Source: Lingula anatina (taxonomy: Eukaryota; Animalia; Brachiopoda). From it: 64,000 nucleotides of DNA. Position 1 is the stretch's first letter. Each line of letters begins with the position of its first letter. A model generated the notes under the pieces. It saw nothing but the letters and a program-made list of their open reading frames with translations, had not been told where the DNA came from and made no database searches. The position numbers and the translations under genes are program-made. Location: assembly GCA_051362555.1 (NCBI GenBank), contig CM120640.1, forward strand, positions 2,418,001 to 2,482,000, given 5' to 3'. This document shows positions 23,464-35,135 of this stretch, piece by piece.

Positions 23464-25443
23464 ATGGCTGCAGCTTTTCTTGTCGTGCGAAACGAAAGTA
23501 GGCGGATTTACATGCCGCGGCGTGATGTCTTAGAAGAGCAGACAGAGAGGGGAGTACTGAGGAGGTACAGGCTGTCGAAGAGGGGCATTAGGTTGCTGAC
23601 GGAGAAGATTGAAGGCCAGCTGCGGCGTAAAACAGCAAGGTCCCAAGCACTCTCCCCCACCACACAAGTTCTTGCCTGCCTTGGCGTGCTTGCGACCGGT
23701 AGTTTTCAGGCGGTGATTGGCGACAGCCTAGGGATCTCTGCTGCCTCTGTGTCCCGTTCAGTCCACAATGTGGTGGGAGCCATTTTAGAGAGCAGAGACC
23801 CTGCCCTCACCATAAGATTCCCCACAACACAAGCCGAGGTCAGAACCGTGAAGAGTGGCTTTCATCTTATAGACGGATTCCCGAATGTCATTGGGGCGAT
23901 AGACGGAACATTAGTTCCCATAGCAGCGCCACATACAGATGAAAATTTATATGTTTGCCGCAAGGGCTATCATGCTCTGAATGTACAAGCTGTGTGTGAT
24001 TCTACACTAAGGTAAGCGCTACTTTCGTTATATTGTTTACATTTTACACTTACGCTACTATCGCAATCACAACAGTCGCAATCTTTTTATTTAGTTACAA
24101 CGACGGTGACTTATTATGCTAAATAAGGGAGAATGTTAGATATTATTCTCGAACATTTAGATACAGGGGTAGATTATTTTAAGGGAGGTCCTCGGGTGCA
24201 AAGCTGACCCCCTACCCCCCCCCCCCCCCCCCTCCCAACTTGGCGTGCTGTTCGAGGCTCAGTAAAGGGGCCATAAAATGTTTGGTATTTCATATGGCAA
24301 ACGATGCCATTGATTTATAACTATGAATCAGCTAGTCATATTTTTAATTTCAATAGGGGGCCAGGGGGGGGGGGGGGACCTCTGACCACCCCCTCTAAAT
24401 CCCCCACTGCAGTACCATCATTGGGTATAAGAACAAAGTGGTATTAATTAATAATTTTGTTTTTATTACAGTAGGCTGAGAAATTGATCAAGAAAAAATG
24501 ATTTATGGATGTTATAAAAATAATTAATTTATTTTTTTAATTTAGCATGTCATCATGTCATGCCATTAGCACATACCAAGTACTTTTCAGTGTTGTGATT
24601 TTTTTCTCAATTATTTCAGATTTACCAATGTTGTAGCACGATGGCCTGGGAGTGCTCATGACTCCTTTGTTTTCAATAACAGCATGCTGTTTGAAAAGCT
24701 GATAAGTGGTGATATGCCGCAGGGATATTTGCTTGGGGATAGTGGCTATGCCCTATCTCCCTTTTTGATGACACCAAAGGGAAACCCAGCAAATAGGGCA
24801 GAGGAAAGATACAATGCTTCCCATGTGAAGACCAGAAGCTGTATAGAGCAGTGCTTTGGTGTTACAAAATCTCGGTTCAGGTACTTAATATTTGAAAATT
24901 GTTTATTTTTCTTAATTTTTTAAAATTGTTTATTTTAAAAAAATTATTGTTAATGTTTGGAACATATACTTTCATATATGATGGGCATTTCAAAAATTAA
25001 ATTTGCAGTGAGATAAAAGAATATTTAAATGAAAAATAATAGCTAGAATGCAGAATAAATAGAATACTGCTGATAACATTAAAATATTATTTTCAAATTA
25101 AGGAATAAGCCCAGCAAATTTATTGCAATTTGAAACACCTTTGTAGGCTCTATTATAATTGCTATAATTTCACCTATTACAAACACCTTGCAATTCCTTT
25201 AGGTGTCTGCACAGAAGTGGAGGGACTCTCATGTACAATCCTGAATGGGCTGGCAAAATAATTATGGTGTGTTGTATACTTCATAATTTCTGTCAAATGT
25301 ATAACATCCCAATGCCACCAGTGGAAGATGATGTAGATGATGACGGAAATGATAATGTGAACAATGATGCATTTGTGGGACCAATGCTCAGAACTGGACA
25401 TGAGACCAGAGAATATCTCATCAGGAATGTTTTCAACAATTGA
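23464..25443 (+). CDS. Harbinger DDE transposase (HARBI1-like, DDE_Tnp_4 family), 3 exons, 349 aa
   Basis: Exons 23464-24011, 24620-24880 and 25203-25443 total 1050 nt, in frame and GT-AG. HTH-like LATGSFQAVIGDSLGISAASVSRSV. Catalytic motifs GFPNVIGAIDGT, RWPGSAHDS, LLGDSGY, IEQCFGVTKSRFRCL and CCILHNF. Confidence 0.94.
24164..24409. mobile_element. Degenerate CAGGGG-type MITE nested in transposase intron 1
   Basis: Ends CAGGGGTAGATT and AAATCCCCCACTG resemble the termini of the 60175-60338 MITE. Internal poly-C and poly-G tracts. No clean TSD. Confidence 0.4.
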
Positions 25444-25979
25444 ACCTCATCCCGTTCAGAAACCTTATACCTCTCTTGGACAGTTAAGAAATCTGCATTA
25501 CCCACTACTGGTCAATTACTATATATTGATTCCCCACGGCATGTAATGTTGTCAGTTTTATTACACACAACTTTGTGAGACAAATGCCATTGTAACATTT
25601 TTAAAATGTATCAATGTATTTGCATTTGTTTTTCTTCTTTTGCATTGTCAGTAATTTATATATGGACAATAACAATAAAATGTATGGTTTTATAATTTTA
25701 TTTATGTAAAAATTTGTGCATTGTAGTTGCTCAAATTTGCCATTAACATATGAAAAAACACTCTTCATGTAAAATTTACATATTTTATAATTGAAACCTT
25801 CAAATGCATTTAATACAATTGTTGTTCTAGGAAAATAACGTTCAAGTTGGCTTATTCACATGAACCATTCACTTTATATAGAATAATAATTGGAAAAATA
25901 ATTATTTTTTTACATTTTAACATGGAGATCAATAAAGGTAAATGCTTATTTGAATATTTAATATGTAAATAGTGCAATG

Positions 25980-26231
25980 GTTTAACAGTAATGGTGAACA
26001 GTTAAGTAAACAGTAAAATTGTTTAACAGTAATGGTGAACAGTTAAGTAAACAGTAAAATTGTTTAACAGTAATGGTGAACAGTTAAGTAAACAGTAAAA
26101 TTGTTTAACAGTAATGGTGAACAGTTAAGTAAACAGTAAAATTGTTTAACAGTAATGGGGAACAGTTAAGTAAACAGTACAAAGATTTTAACAGTAATGG
26201 GGAACAGTTAAGTAAACAGTACAAAGATTTT
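25980..26231. repeat. 41-bp minisatellite, about 6 copies, between the two transposon genes
   Basis: TTTAACAGTAATGGTGAACAGTTAAGTAAACAGTAAAATTG starts at 25981, 26022, 26063, 26104, 26145 and 26187. Confidence 0.95.
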
Positions 26232-26281
26232 GCATAATTATAATTATAATTGCTAAGTGAATGATAAAAAAAAAAATTATT

Positions 26282-26815
26282 TCACAAAAGAGGTGAACTT
26301 TCACTATATAACATGGTATTTAATTTCTGGTGTTCTGCTTTCAGTGAATAATACTCCATAATCTGCTTCAGAACTACCACTTTTTCTCTCTCAACTTCCA
26401 ATCTCTCTTCCTCAATTTTTAATCTTTTTTTCTCAATTTGCAGCCTTTCTTCTTCAATTTTGTAAAGGCCTGTTGTTGGATCTAAAAATAATGAAATATA
26501 ATGGTAGTTTATAAAATACATTTACTTTCAAAAAACTTATGAGTGTTAAAATTTATCATTAATTAGTGAAAAAAATGTATGATAACTTTAAAACTTTGAG
26601 AATATTACCTGTGCTTGTTCTCTTCTTGCCTGTAAAAAAGAACTCAAAATTAAATACAATGTAACATTATACACTTTTCGTGACACTAGTATTGGAACTT
26701 TCTCAATTACATTTTGTCCTATTAATGACCTAGGGATAATTAACAAATTTAAAAGTTGGCCAAAATGTAAATGGATTGTTGAAAGCTCATTGCAATTTAG
26801 GAAAACCCCTTAAAA

Positions 26816-26884
<69 letters not shown>

Positions 26885-28363
26885 CTTACTTTGCACTGTT
26901 CTTCTGGATGGTCTGCAAGGGGATCTGGATGTTACCTCCACTCTATCTGTAAACAAAGAAATAAAAATTGAGAATTGTTTTAGATTTTACTGAAAAGTTT
27001 CCTTACAATTTTTCCTTTTTGTAGAACTTTTTATTTGCAACAAGTAGTAAAAGCAAATTTAATTAAGGATACAAATACATTTCATAAAGGAAAAAAGAAA
27101 TATAAATATACACATACCAAAAATTGGACTTGAAGTCTCAAAGCTTGTACCTTCTTCTGAATTAAAAAAAAAAAAACATTAGAAAACAGAAGAAAACATA
27201 CAAAATAGATATGGCTTATAAATTCTTTGTTTCTCCTTTATATGACATAATCATTCATATTCAAGACATAATCATTCCCTTCATCTCATTTATATTCAAA
27301 ACATGCAATTTTAAACAAATGGTATTTATCTTATTATTACCTGGGTCACATGGAATTTCTGTGCTCAACTCACACTGATCTTGAATAATAAAAAAAACAT
27401 ATCAATTATTAAAACATTTACTCAAATTTTATTAATATCAAACTCCATGATACACACATACTACTTAATACAAATGCAAATTAATAAATAATTAATAGTT
27501 AAGTGGATATAAATCTAATAAATCATAATCAGTAGTACCAGATTCAAAGCAAAGAGAATCATTGTGTTCCAACCCCCGCACACCTTCCACTGCAACTTCT
27601 CCGATGATCTCTATGACCTAGACAAAATAGAATAAAAAATTATATCATAATAATAATAATTATGATAATAATAATAGAAACAGGACACACTTTAAAAAAA
27701 TAATTTGAAAATAAATTTTTTATAAACTTACTTTTTGTTCTCTAGCTGTCAGCTGGGGAGGTTCTGGCCCTCCCCCTGTCCTCTTCATCTGCTTCCTTCT
27801 CTCAACTTCTTTCTTTTTTGTACGACTACAGAAGTCATACCATTTTTTCCGCACTTCGGAAAATTTTCTCACGTGTAAGGAAACACTGTTGATCCTGATT
27901 TAAATAACAAAACAATTCTACCTGTATAAATCATAGTAATAAATTTAATTTTATGTAATTTAATTTAATTAAATTTACTTCTTAATACTTTCATGGAAAA
28001 ACACATATTTTCAGAAATAAAAATTTCAACTTTTAAAGCTGTATTATTATGAATATTACTAGTATGGGATTTGCTGTTACGAAATTACAAAAGCAACACG
28101 GGGTTCAACGCAAGACGCCCCCCCCCTTTTACTAACTAAAAGGGGCAGGGGTACCATAAGGGGTTTTGTTTAAGTATGAAAATGAAAGTGTCTACTTACT
28201 TTTGAGTAATCCTCTTCCAAATTTCCTCTTTCGATTTGTGAGTAACTGAGTTTGAAAGCTGATAAAAAAGAGAAGGATTTGAGGACACCTCCTCGACGAT
28301 GATGTCTATCTCTTCGTCTGAAAAACGACTACGCTTTTTCGGAAAACCTACCGGCTCCTCCAT
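26282..28363 (-). CDS. Harbinger Myb/SANT-like (trihelix, NAIF1/MSANTD-type) DNA-binding partner protein, 8 exons, 253 aa
   Basis: Exons 28363-28200, 27894-27732, 27617-27539, 27379-27341, 27156-27118, 26946-26890, 26629-26609 and 26481-26282 total 762 nt in frame. Protein reads KKRSRFSDEEIDIIVEEV..KEEIWKRITQKINSVSLHVRKFSEVRKKWYDF..RTGGGP, with a C-terminal coiled coil IEEERLQIEKKRLKIEEERLEVERE. Confidence 0.88.
26823..26882. repeat. (TA)n microsatellite inside an intron of the Myb-like gene
   Basis: About 30 TA units directly after the minus-strand donor at 26889. Confidence 0.95.
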
Positions 28364-28888
28364 TGTGTCAGCTGAGCAGACGTTCACGGAGCAGCACGAG
28401 CATTTGTTGTTATATTTCTTGCCTCCGCGGCCCGAAGAGCAGTGTTTCGAGATTACAATATTTACTTCCGGGGACGACGTCGTGCGCTAACAGCGAAAAA
28501 AATTGCGAAAGGTTTCGAGAAAGCTACGCAAAAAAAATTAGCGCAATTGCGCAAACCATAGCGAATTCGCAAACTGCGAAACGTTTCGTGAAAGCCGGCC
28601 CAGACTCTTATTCTATTCATTTCTACCAGTCACATCACTGGGCCCATGTAAATCATGAACACTAGCACTCTGGCTGTCAAATACCAGTCCAATGTCAGGG
28701 CATCCCAAGGTGGCTTTGTATTACATTGGTATTGGGTACGTCATGATTTGCAGGGATCACCAGGTGATTTGCAAGGAGCACCTGGGACCCTCCTGTCAAC
28801 TGCTTTCTTTGTCTCCAGTGCACAATCCAGACAAGTCTTTCTTCATGGCCGAGAGAGCTGGGTGGCTACTGAAGGTGCCAATTACGCT

Positions 28889-31800
28889 TCACTTCTTACC
28901 AAGACGTTTATTTTGCCATGCTCCAAACTTTGCATATGCAGCATTTAGCATTTCTTCCATATGGCCAATCAGCTGAAAAGAGAAATTTTCACCCACCTTT
29001 GAAAATGGAATTTATGTTGTTTTTCACTACTCAAGCTGCTACACAAAAAAACTGATAATCTAATATAACACACCAAAACAAAATGGCATATTCTCTAACA
29101 GAAGGGAAAATTGTCACACAACGCAATTTATTTTTCATTAATAAAAGTGAAATAAAATACTTTTAAAAGCATTCATACTTATTCATAAATATAACGGAAA
29201 TAAAATACTTATAAAAGTATTCATATTATAACATATCAACAATAAATACATATCCAGGTTTCATTGTTATAATATCACTGATCAACTTACATTGACAGTA
29301 TAAGAACTAGTCAGTTTGGCTTTTACAGCATTCAGTTTTGCTGACTGGAATCTCTCCAAATTGGCTTTCATTCTCACAACCTGGAAGAATGTTAATGACT
29401 TAAAACCACTCAAAGCAAACATAAACATCATAGTACTGCTGTTATTTGTGGTAAACACAACTGGCAGAAAGTGCCTACAAAGAATTTCAAGTTGTTCCAC
29501 AGTAGTAAGATTGTGAACACCATGTACCTTTTCCTCTAGTGCTTTAGTGGTTGTAGGAAAACATGACCAGAAATGTCGGAGCAGTTCACACAATGCAAGG
29601 TACAGACTCCTCAGCTCTTGCTGGATCTCTGCAGGCACCATTTCTATAGGATGAAAAAAAATGATAAATAAATTCACCTTAAACTAACATTCAAAATTAG
29701 AAGACATAAACAAAATATAATACTTACATGGCCCCTACCATGTCAAGATAGTTGTCTGTGACCAAGCTTCACATTGACTCTACTTCAGTGCATCAAATGT
29801 TTTAATTTCTTACTAACTTTCTCTTTGAACTCCACAACATTCCATATCCACTTACGATCTAACTGCTGTTGACTCGTTCCTTGCATTAAAGCGCCCCCTG
29901 GTGATATCTCCCCCAGTATGCTGACTGCACTGCTGCTGGTCATCACCTGAAATAACCAGATTCTTTGTGAATGAATTTGTGTTTAGGTGACAAATGAAGA
30001 TATTTGTTCAAGCCACTCATCAATGCTACATTTTAATTGCCCAAATATGATAAAATGAAAATAAAAGTGAAAAGTCTTGAAAAAGATATATCATAATAAT
30101 AGTACACTTGAATATTTGAAATAAATAAATAAGTAAATAAATGAATCTTGGTATCCATAAAATAACCAGTTAGTTTGTACATTTTTGTGTTACTTTGCAC
30201 CTCTCAAAAAAAAAAAAAAAAAAAAAAAAAAAACTACATAAACTAACAAACCAACAAATAAAAACAAATGAATAAAATAAAAAATAAAATAAGAAAATAA
30301 AAAATAAAACATCACACCTGTGTGAGGTTTGGGATCCAGTGTTTCACCTGCATCTGAGTGTTAAAGGAGGCCTGGATCATGTCTTCACTGGTGTGGTACT
30401 GGGATGTCGTGATGGGGGTGGGGCCGTGTAAGTAGCGCTCCATTTTGGCAAGATTTAAGGCGGGACCAGAGCTGTCACCTTCTTCCTCAAGATCATCCAG
30501 ATGAATCTTTTCTTTTAATTTTGCCTTCAACACAAACATTTTCCAGTCAGTTTGAAATTAGCAAAAAAGCATAATGATATTTCAAGTCAATATCTTATAA
30601 TGGAAAACAAGTAACAAGAAGTATTTTTTACCAATGAAAATTGCATTGTACCACTACAAACTAACAATTCTACTTTTTTTCATTTCCATTAAAACGTATG
30701 AGGAGTGCAGATTTACTAAATCATGATATCAATCTTTTGACTCCACTATCTTAATTGACCTGAACACATTACCTTGGTTCCTTACCTTCTTAGAAGACGG
30801 AGGTAATGACAGGTCCCCTTCCTTCTCACTGGCACCATTACTGTCCCCGTTAATCATCAAATGCGCTGCTATGGATGATGAACTGCCATTAGTGGCTGCC
30901 CCTTGTGAACTTTTTGAAGATGATAATGATGATGAAGATGAACTTGGTTGAGTTTTCTTATCACAGGCTTTTAATACCATTGTTGAATGGTGATTGAAGC
31001 GTCGTATCAGAGATAGATTTGATGGGTTGGTTGCAATCTGGGTGTCATCTCGTGTACTGCCATACCCCTAGAAAAAATATTAAGTTAATTTGAGTCGAGC
31101 AGAGTTAACTGACCTTAATTGTCCTCCTTATTAGATTACATTGACATCCACAGATGCTTTCAGAAGTTCACTTTGTGGAAGTATTACTCACCAATGGCTT
31201 TCATATTGACAACAGAAAGTGCTGCAAGTCCAATCATAAGATTGAAAAAAATATGCTTAAGATCTAACCAGCCAGACTTTCTCCCTACCTCCCCCAGGGT
31301 GCTGTCAGCCATTTGTGTCAAATCCAGCAATGGATCGTTTATTTTTTCTTGTATTTCTTGTTGGATATCTGAAAGTAAAAACCACAGACATAATCAAATG
31401 GAAAAAGCGAGACAATACACAATGTTTAGCAATAACGTAGGAGAGCAAAAGGGTGACACCTGTAGTAAACTTTTATAAGTATTATCAATCAGATCATTCA
31501 TGATTCCACAGAATTGTATGTACTAATGTTTTAGTGATAGTTATCACTTATTTTGGAACAAAAATAGTTGTGTAATGGCAATGTTTTGCACTTGTCACTG
31601 GAGCATCATCAGGCTGAATGCCGAAAGGTCCTCAATAACTATCCTGAGTGAGAATTGTTCACCTGCCTACCATTACAAAACAACCTGTGGGCATTCAGCC
31701 TGATCATGTTCTAGTGTCAAGAGAGAGTGAAATTTAACTGCTTCACTACTATTTTTGTTCCAAAGTAAAAGATAACTATCCCTAAAACATCAGCTATAAA

Positions 31801-34391
31801 TAAAATAGCCTAAGTATATTTTTCATAACTCAAAGATCTTTTTTCAATGACTGCCTCCTCTTTGCCAAAAGTTATAATACTATTAGTCTATTTTTATTAG
31901 CCAATAGTACTGTGGACATTTTACACCTACCTTCTTCATCTTTTTTGGCACATTCTGAGAAGAGATCTTTGTTGCTTATATTTATTCTGTCTCTATGGAA
32001 ATAATGGGATTGGAAAAACCGAGTCCAAAAGTCATTCTCTGATATCTTGTCTGGGACATTTTCTGCATGTTTCATTTTCACTGAAAGAAAGACCAAGAAA
32101 TTCAAGATAAAATTTAACTTTTAATTTCATAATAAAGATGACATATTGTTTTGGCACCATAAGATATCAGTGACATGGACTTCTCAAAGTTTTATTTAAT
32201 TTTTATCTTTATACAAATGGTCAGGTCTTAATAATCCCTGTTAATACAAAGTCTACAAAAAATTCTGAAGCCCAAATGATCCTGTTTATTCAGTCAAATT
32301 ATATTTATATAAATACCAAAAAACATGCATGTGACCAAGATTTTTTTTTTTTCAGTGTCACGCCAGAGTGTTACAATGTGCCTCCAGTTGTGGAGTCAAG
32401 TATTAAACAGCATACCTGCAGGATATGTCCTGAATATGGATTCCACAATATCTGCTGTCAAGTTGTATCTCAGTCCATTGCACCCGTCAGCTTGGGGCTT
32501 GATGTCTGCCTGGAATTATACGACACAGACTTGTCATAAATGGATTATGAAACTACATTGAAATACTCCTTATTAGTTGTCTGGTTATATTTCACATTTT
32601 TATATACATTTTAGGTAGGAAACATTACACATTTAATTCCATGGCCAAATATAATGCTTAGAGCAAACAATGCCTGCATCTGGGCATAAAAAAATAGATC
32701 TCTTTATCCACAAAGCCCACATAAATGAAACCCCAAATCCATTTCTATCTAAACCTACTAGGAATGCTGGTGAAACCCCTACATCCTGGTTGACTTTGAG
32801 GGAGGTATTGCTGACTTGCTGATTCTGAAAAAAAGTTATGTATGTTGCTGTAGTCAAACATGCTTTACTGAACAGACAATGAACATTTGTTTCAACACTG
32901 GTAATTTTATCCTAATATAGGCCTATTATTCTAACACTAAAACACTGGACATAATATTCTAAAGCTACATTTCAATTTTAATGCCTGGCTTACAAAATAT
33001 TACATTCCATTCACATGAAAGAGTCAATTTTTTATGACTTTACCTGTCCCTGCTTACTGGCCCAGAATTCATCTGCAGAGATAACTCCACTAACAACTAG
33101 ATCTTTGTACAGCTGAAATAATTCAGGATCCTCCTGAAGCATCCTAAAATGAACAAAATGTGTGATACAACAGTAAGAAACTAATAACATGGAGTACTCT
33201 ATGAACACGTCTAGATTAGAGTCTTCATTTAGACTTGGACAAAATGCTTTTTTTATTGACCAAAAGAGTACACAACTGCGTGGTATGACTAAAACAGCCT
33301 GTGAACCAGAAAAACATCTATACAAAGTTTTTATTATTTTATATGTCTATTATTACTATTATGATATTATGTCACATTAAATTTCATGAATTTATTTTAT
33401 TATAATGTTAGTAAATAGACGATTATTATGATTAGGGTGATGTTGCATTCTCACAAGAACTCCAGTTGATCACTGATGGTTCACCTGAGCTCTGGAGACC
33501 TGAAAGTTAATAATACCCTATTTTGTTGAAATAGATCAAGAAAACATTAGTACAAATATGTCAAACTTTATACCCATACCTATTCTTTTCCTCAAGTTCA
33601 TTATTAATCTTTCTTCTAAACTTTGGTAATAACTGTTGTAACAGCTCCTTTGCACTTTCCCTGTCTTTGAGCTGGCTAGCTCTCCCCATGGGGTTGGAGA
33701 ACTGAAATGTGTTAGCACTGCCATCATGCATCACCAACTGCAGCTGGATCTTCTCTTTGCTCTCCGGAGAGATCTTCTGGACTGAAAAGAAAAAAAAATG
33801 AAATTGTATGATATTCACTGCGGTAGACAATTTCCACACATCTAATTAATAGCAATCTCATCATACAGCAACATGTCACTGCTTTATACCTTTGACAATA
33901 TCCTGGACCAATGAAGCTTATCTTAAATGCTGTGAGAAGCATAGTATCCAAGCATAGCAATGGAACTGACTTTTCAATCTAGTGTATGCAAGGTTGCAAA
34001 CTTTTGTGATTATTATGCTTGGGTTGTGATGGTTAACAGCAAACTTAACAGGTCCTTTCTCACAAAATTAATTTACAAATCAAAGGTCAATATGCCATAC
34101 AAGATGTGTTCTTATTCAATCCTTACCAATACACTAATTTTTAGACATACATATTGGCATAACATATTAATAATACAACGCATTCCATACCATAAAATGA
34201 ACCAAGTACTTAGTAAATAGAACAAAGCAAATCAAACCTCGTATGTCAGCATAGAGATGGCTTATTGAAAAGCTGTCCTTCCCATCAGGCATCCATGCAA
34301 TACGCTCCCCCATCAAATAGAGAGTGCCCTCTGTCTTCTTATGCTTCACATGGTTGATAATCAGGTACACCTCCTCTGAAGACCTAGACAT
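28889..34391 (-). CDS. GTF2H1: General transcription factor IIH subunit 1 (p62), about 13 coding exons
   Basis: PH-like N-terminus [56 protein letters not shown] domains [26 protein letters not shown] and [20 protein letters not shown]. Also [35 protein letters not shown] and [16 protein letters not shown] at 28889-28891. Confidence 0.95.
31526..31790. repeat. 265-bp imperfect inverted repeat with ~100-bp arms in a GTF2H1 intron; each arm has a decayed hammerhead-like core
   Basis: ATGTTTTAGTGATAGTTATC..TTTGGAACAAAAATAG..CATCATCAGGCTGAATGCC pairs with GGCATTCAGCCTGATCATG..CTATTTTTGTTCCAAA..GATAACTATCCCTAAAACAT. Confidence 0.8.
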
Positions 34392-35033
34392 TGTGGCACT
34401 GCTGTTAACTTATTTTCCTATCTATGTTGCAGTGTCTTCATTGTTCTTCCACTGTCTGTAATATAAAAATAAGTTTTTAATGATGGCACCATGTTATACG
34501 TTTTATTTTTCTCCTTGTGATAACTAATGACACTCACTCAGTCACTGGTGTAGCTTCAAAACAGTAAGTAATGGTGACCTATCTAATATCATGTCCACAT
34601 TTATTAATAAAAAAATTCCAAGGGACATTGTCATTTACAAGATTTTGTTTGCGCTTTTAATAAAGGGAGAAAGTCCCACAATCATTCATTTATCTATTCG
34701 CAACAAAGCCACGCTCTGGTTGAGAACTCGGCCTTGAAATGCGACGATAGAGGAACATCGTACTTGAGGAACAAGTGCATCTACAATATCACGTACTTAT
34801 TTAATGCCCCAGACGATTATTTGGAATCAAGCACAACCTCTGATGTATACTCTTAATTGATCGAAATTACATTTAACTTACAAAGTGAGCAAATGTATAC
34901 TTATTGACTGATGTACGATCTACAGGCATCACGTAGTGTAACATGTTGACCGGTGCATTCTGGGGTACTATTACGACCATCTTGTTTTGGTACTTTACGT
35001 TTTACGGCATGAGGAGTACCCACTATCGACTCA

Positions 35034-35048
35034 GTTGCTGGTGACAAC
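35034..35048. promoter_or_regulatory. RFX X-box-like motif in the GTF2H1/PIFO bidirectional promoter
   Basis: GTTGCTGGTGACAAC (reverse complement GTTGTC-ACC-AGCAAC) lies about 90 bp upstream of the ATG of a ciliary gene. Confidence 0.55.
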
Positions 35049-35135
35049 GATATACACACATACACATACTCATGATTGTGAGACAAGGGGTTCGATAAAG
35101 TAGAAAGTTAGCAAAGGCTACACGCACACATCGAG

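Larger units (their letters stand above)
23272..28600. mobile_element. Full-length autonomous PIF/Harbinger DNA transposon, 5329 bp
   Basis: Perfect 33-bp TIRs GGCCGGCTTTCACGAAACGTTTCGCAGTTTGCG at 23272-23304 and 28568-28600. 3-bp TSD CAG at 23269-23271 and 28601-28603. Encodes both a DDE transposase and a Myb/SANT-like protein. Confidence 0.96.

Noticed and set aside
23464-28363. Domesticated host HARBI1/NAIF1 genes
   Set aside because: Both genes lie within perfect TIRs and a TSD, which indicates a transposon rather than a domesticated locus, so no gene symbols were assigned.
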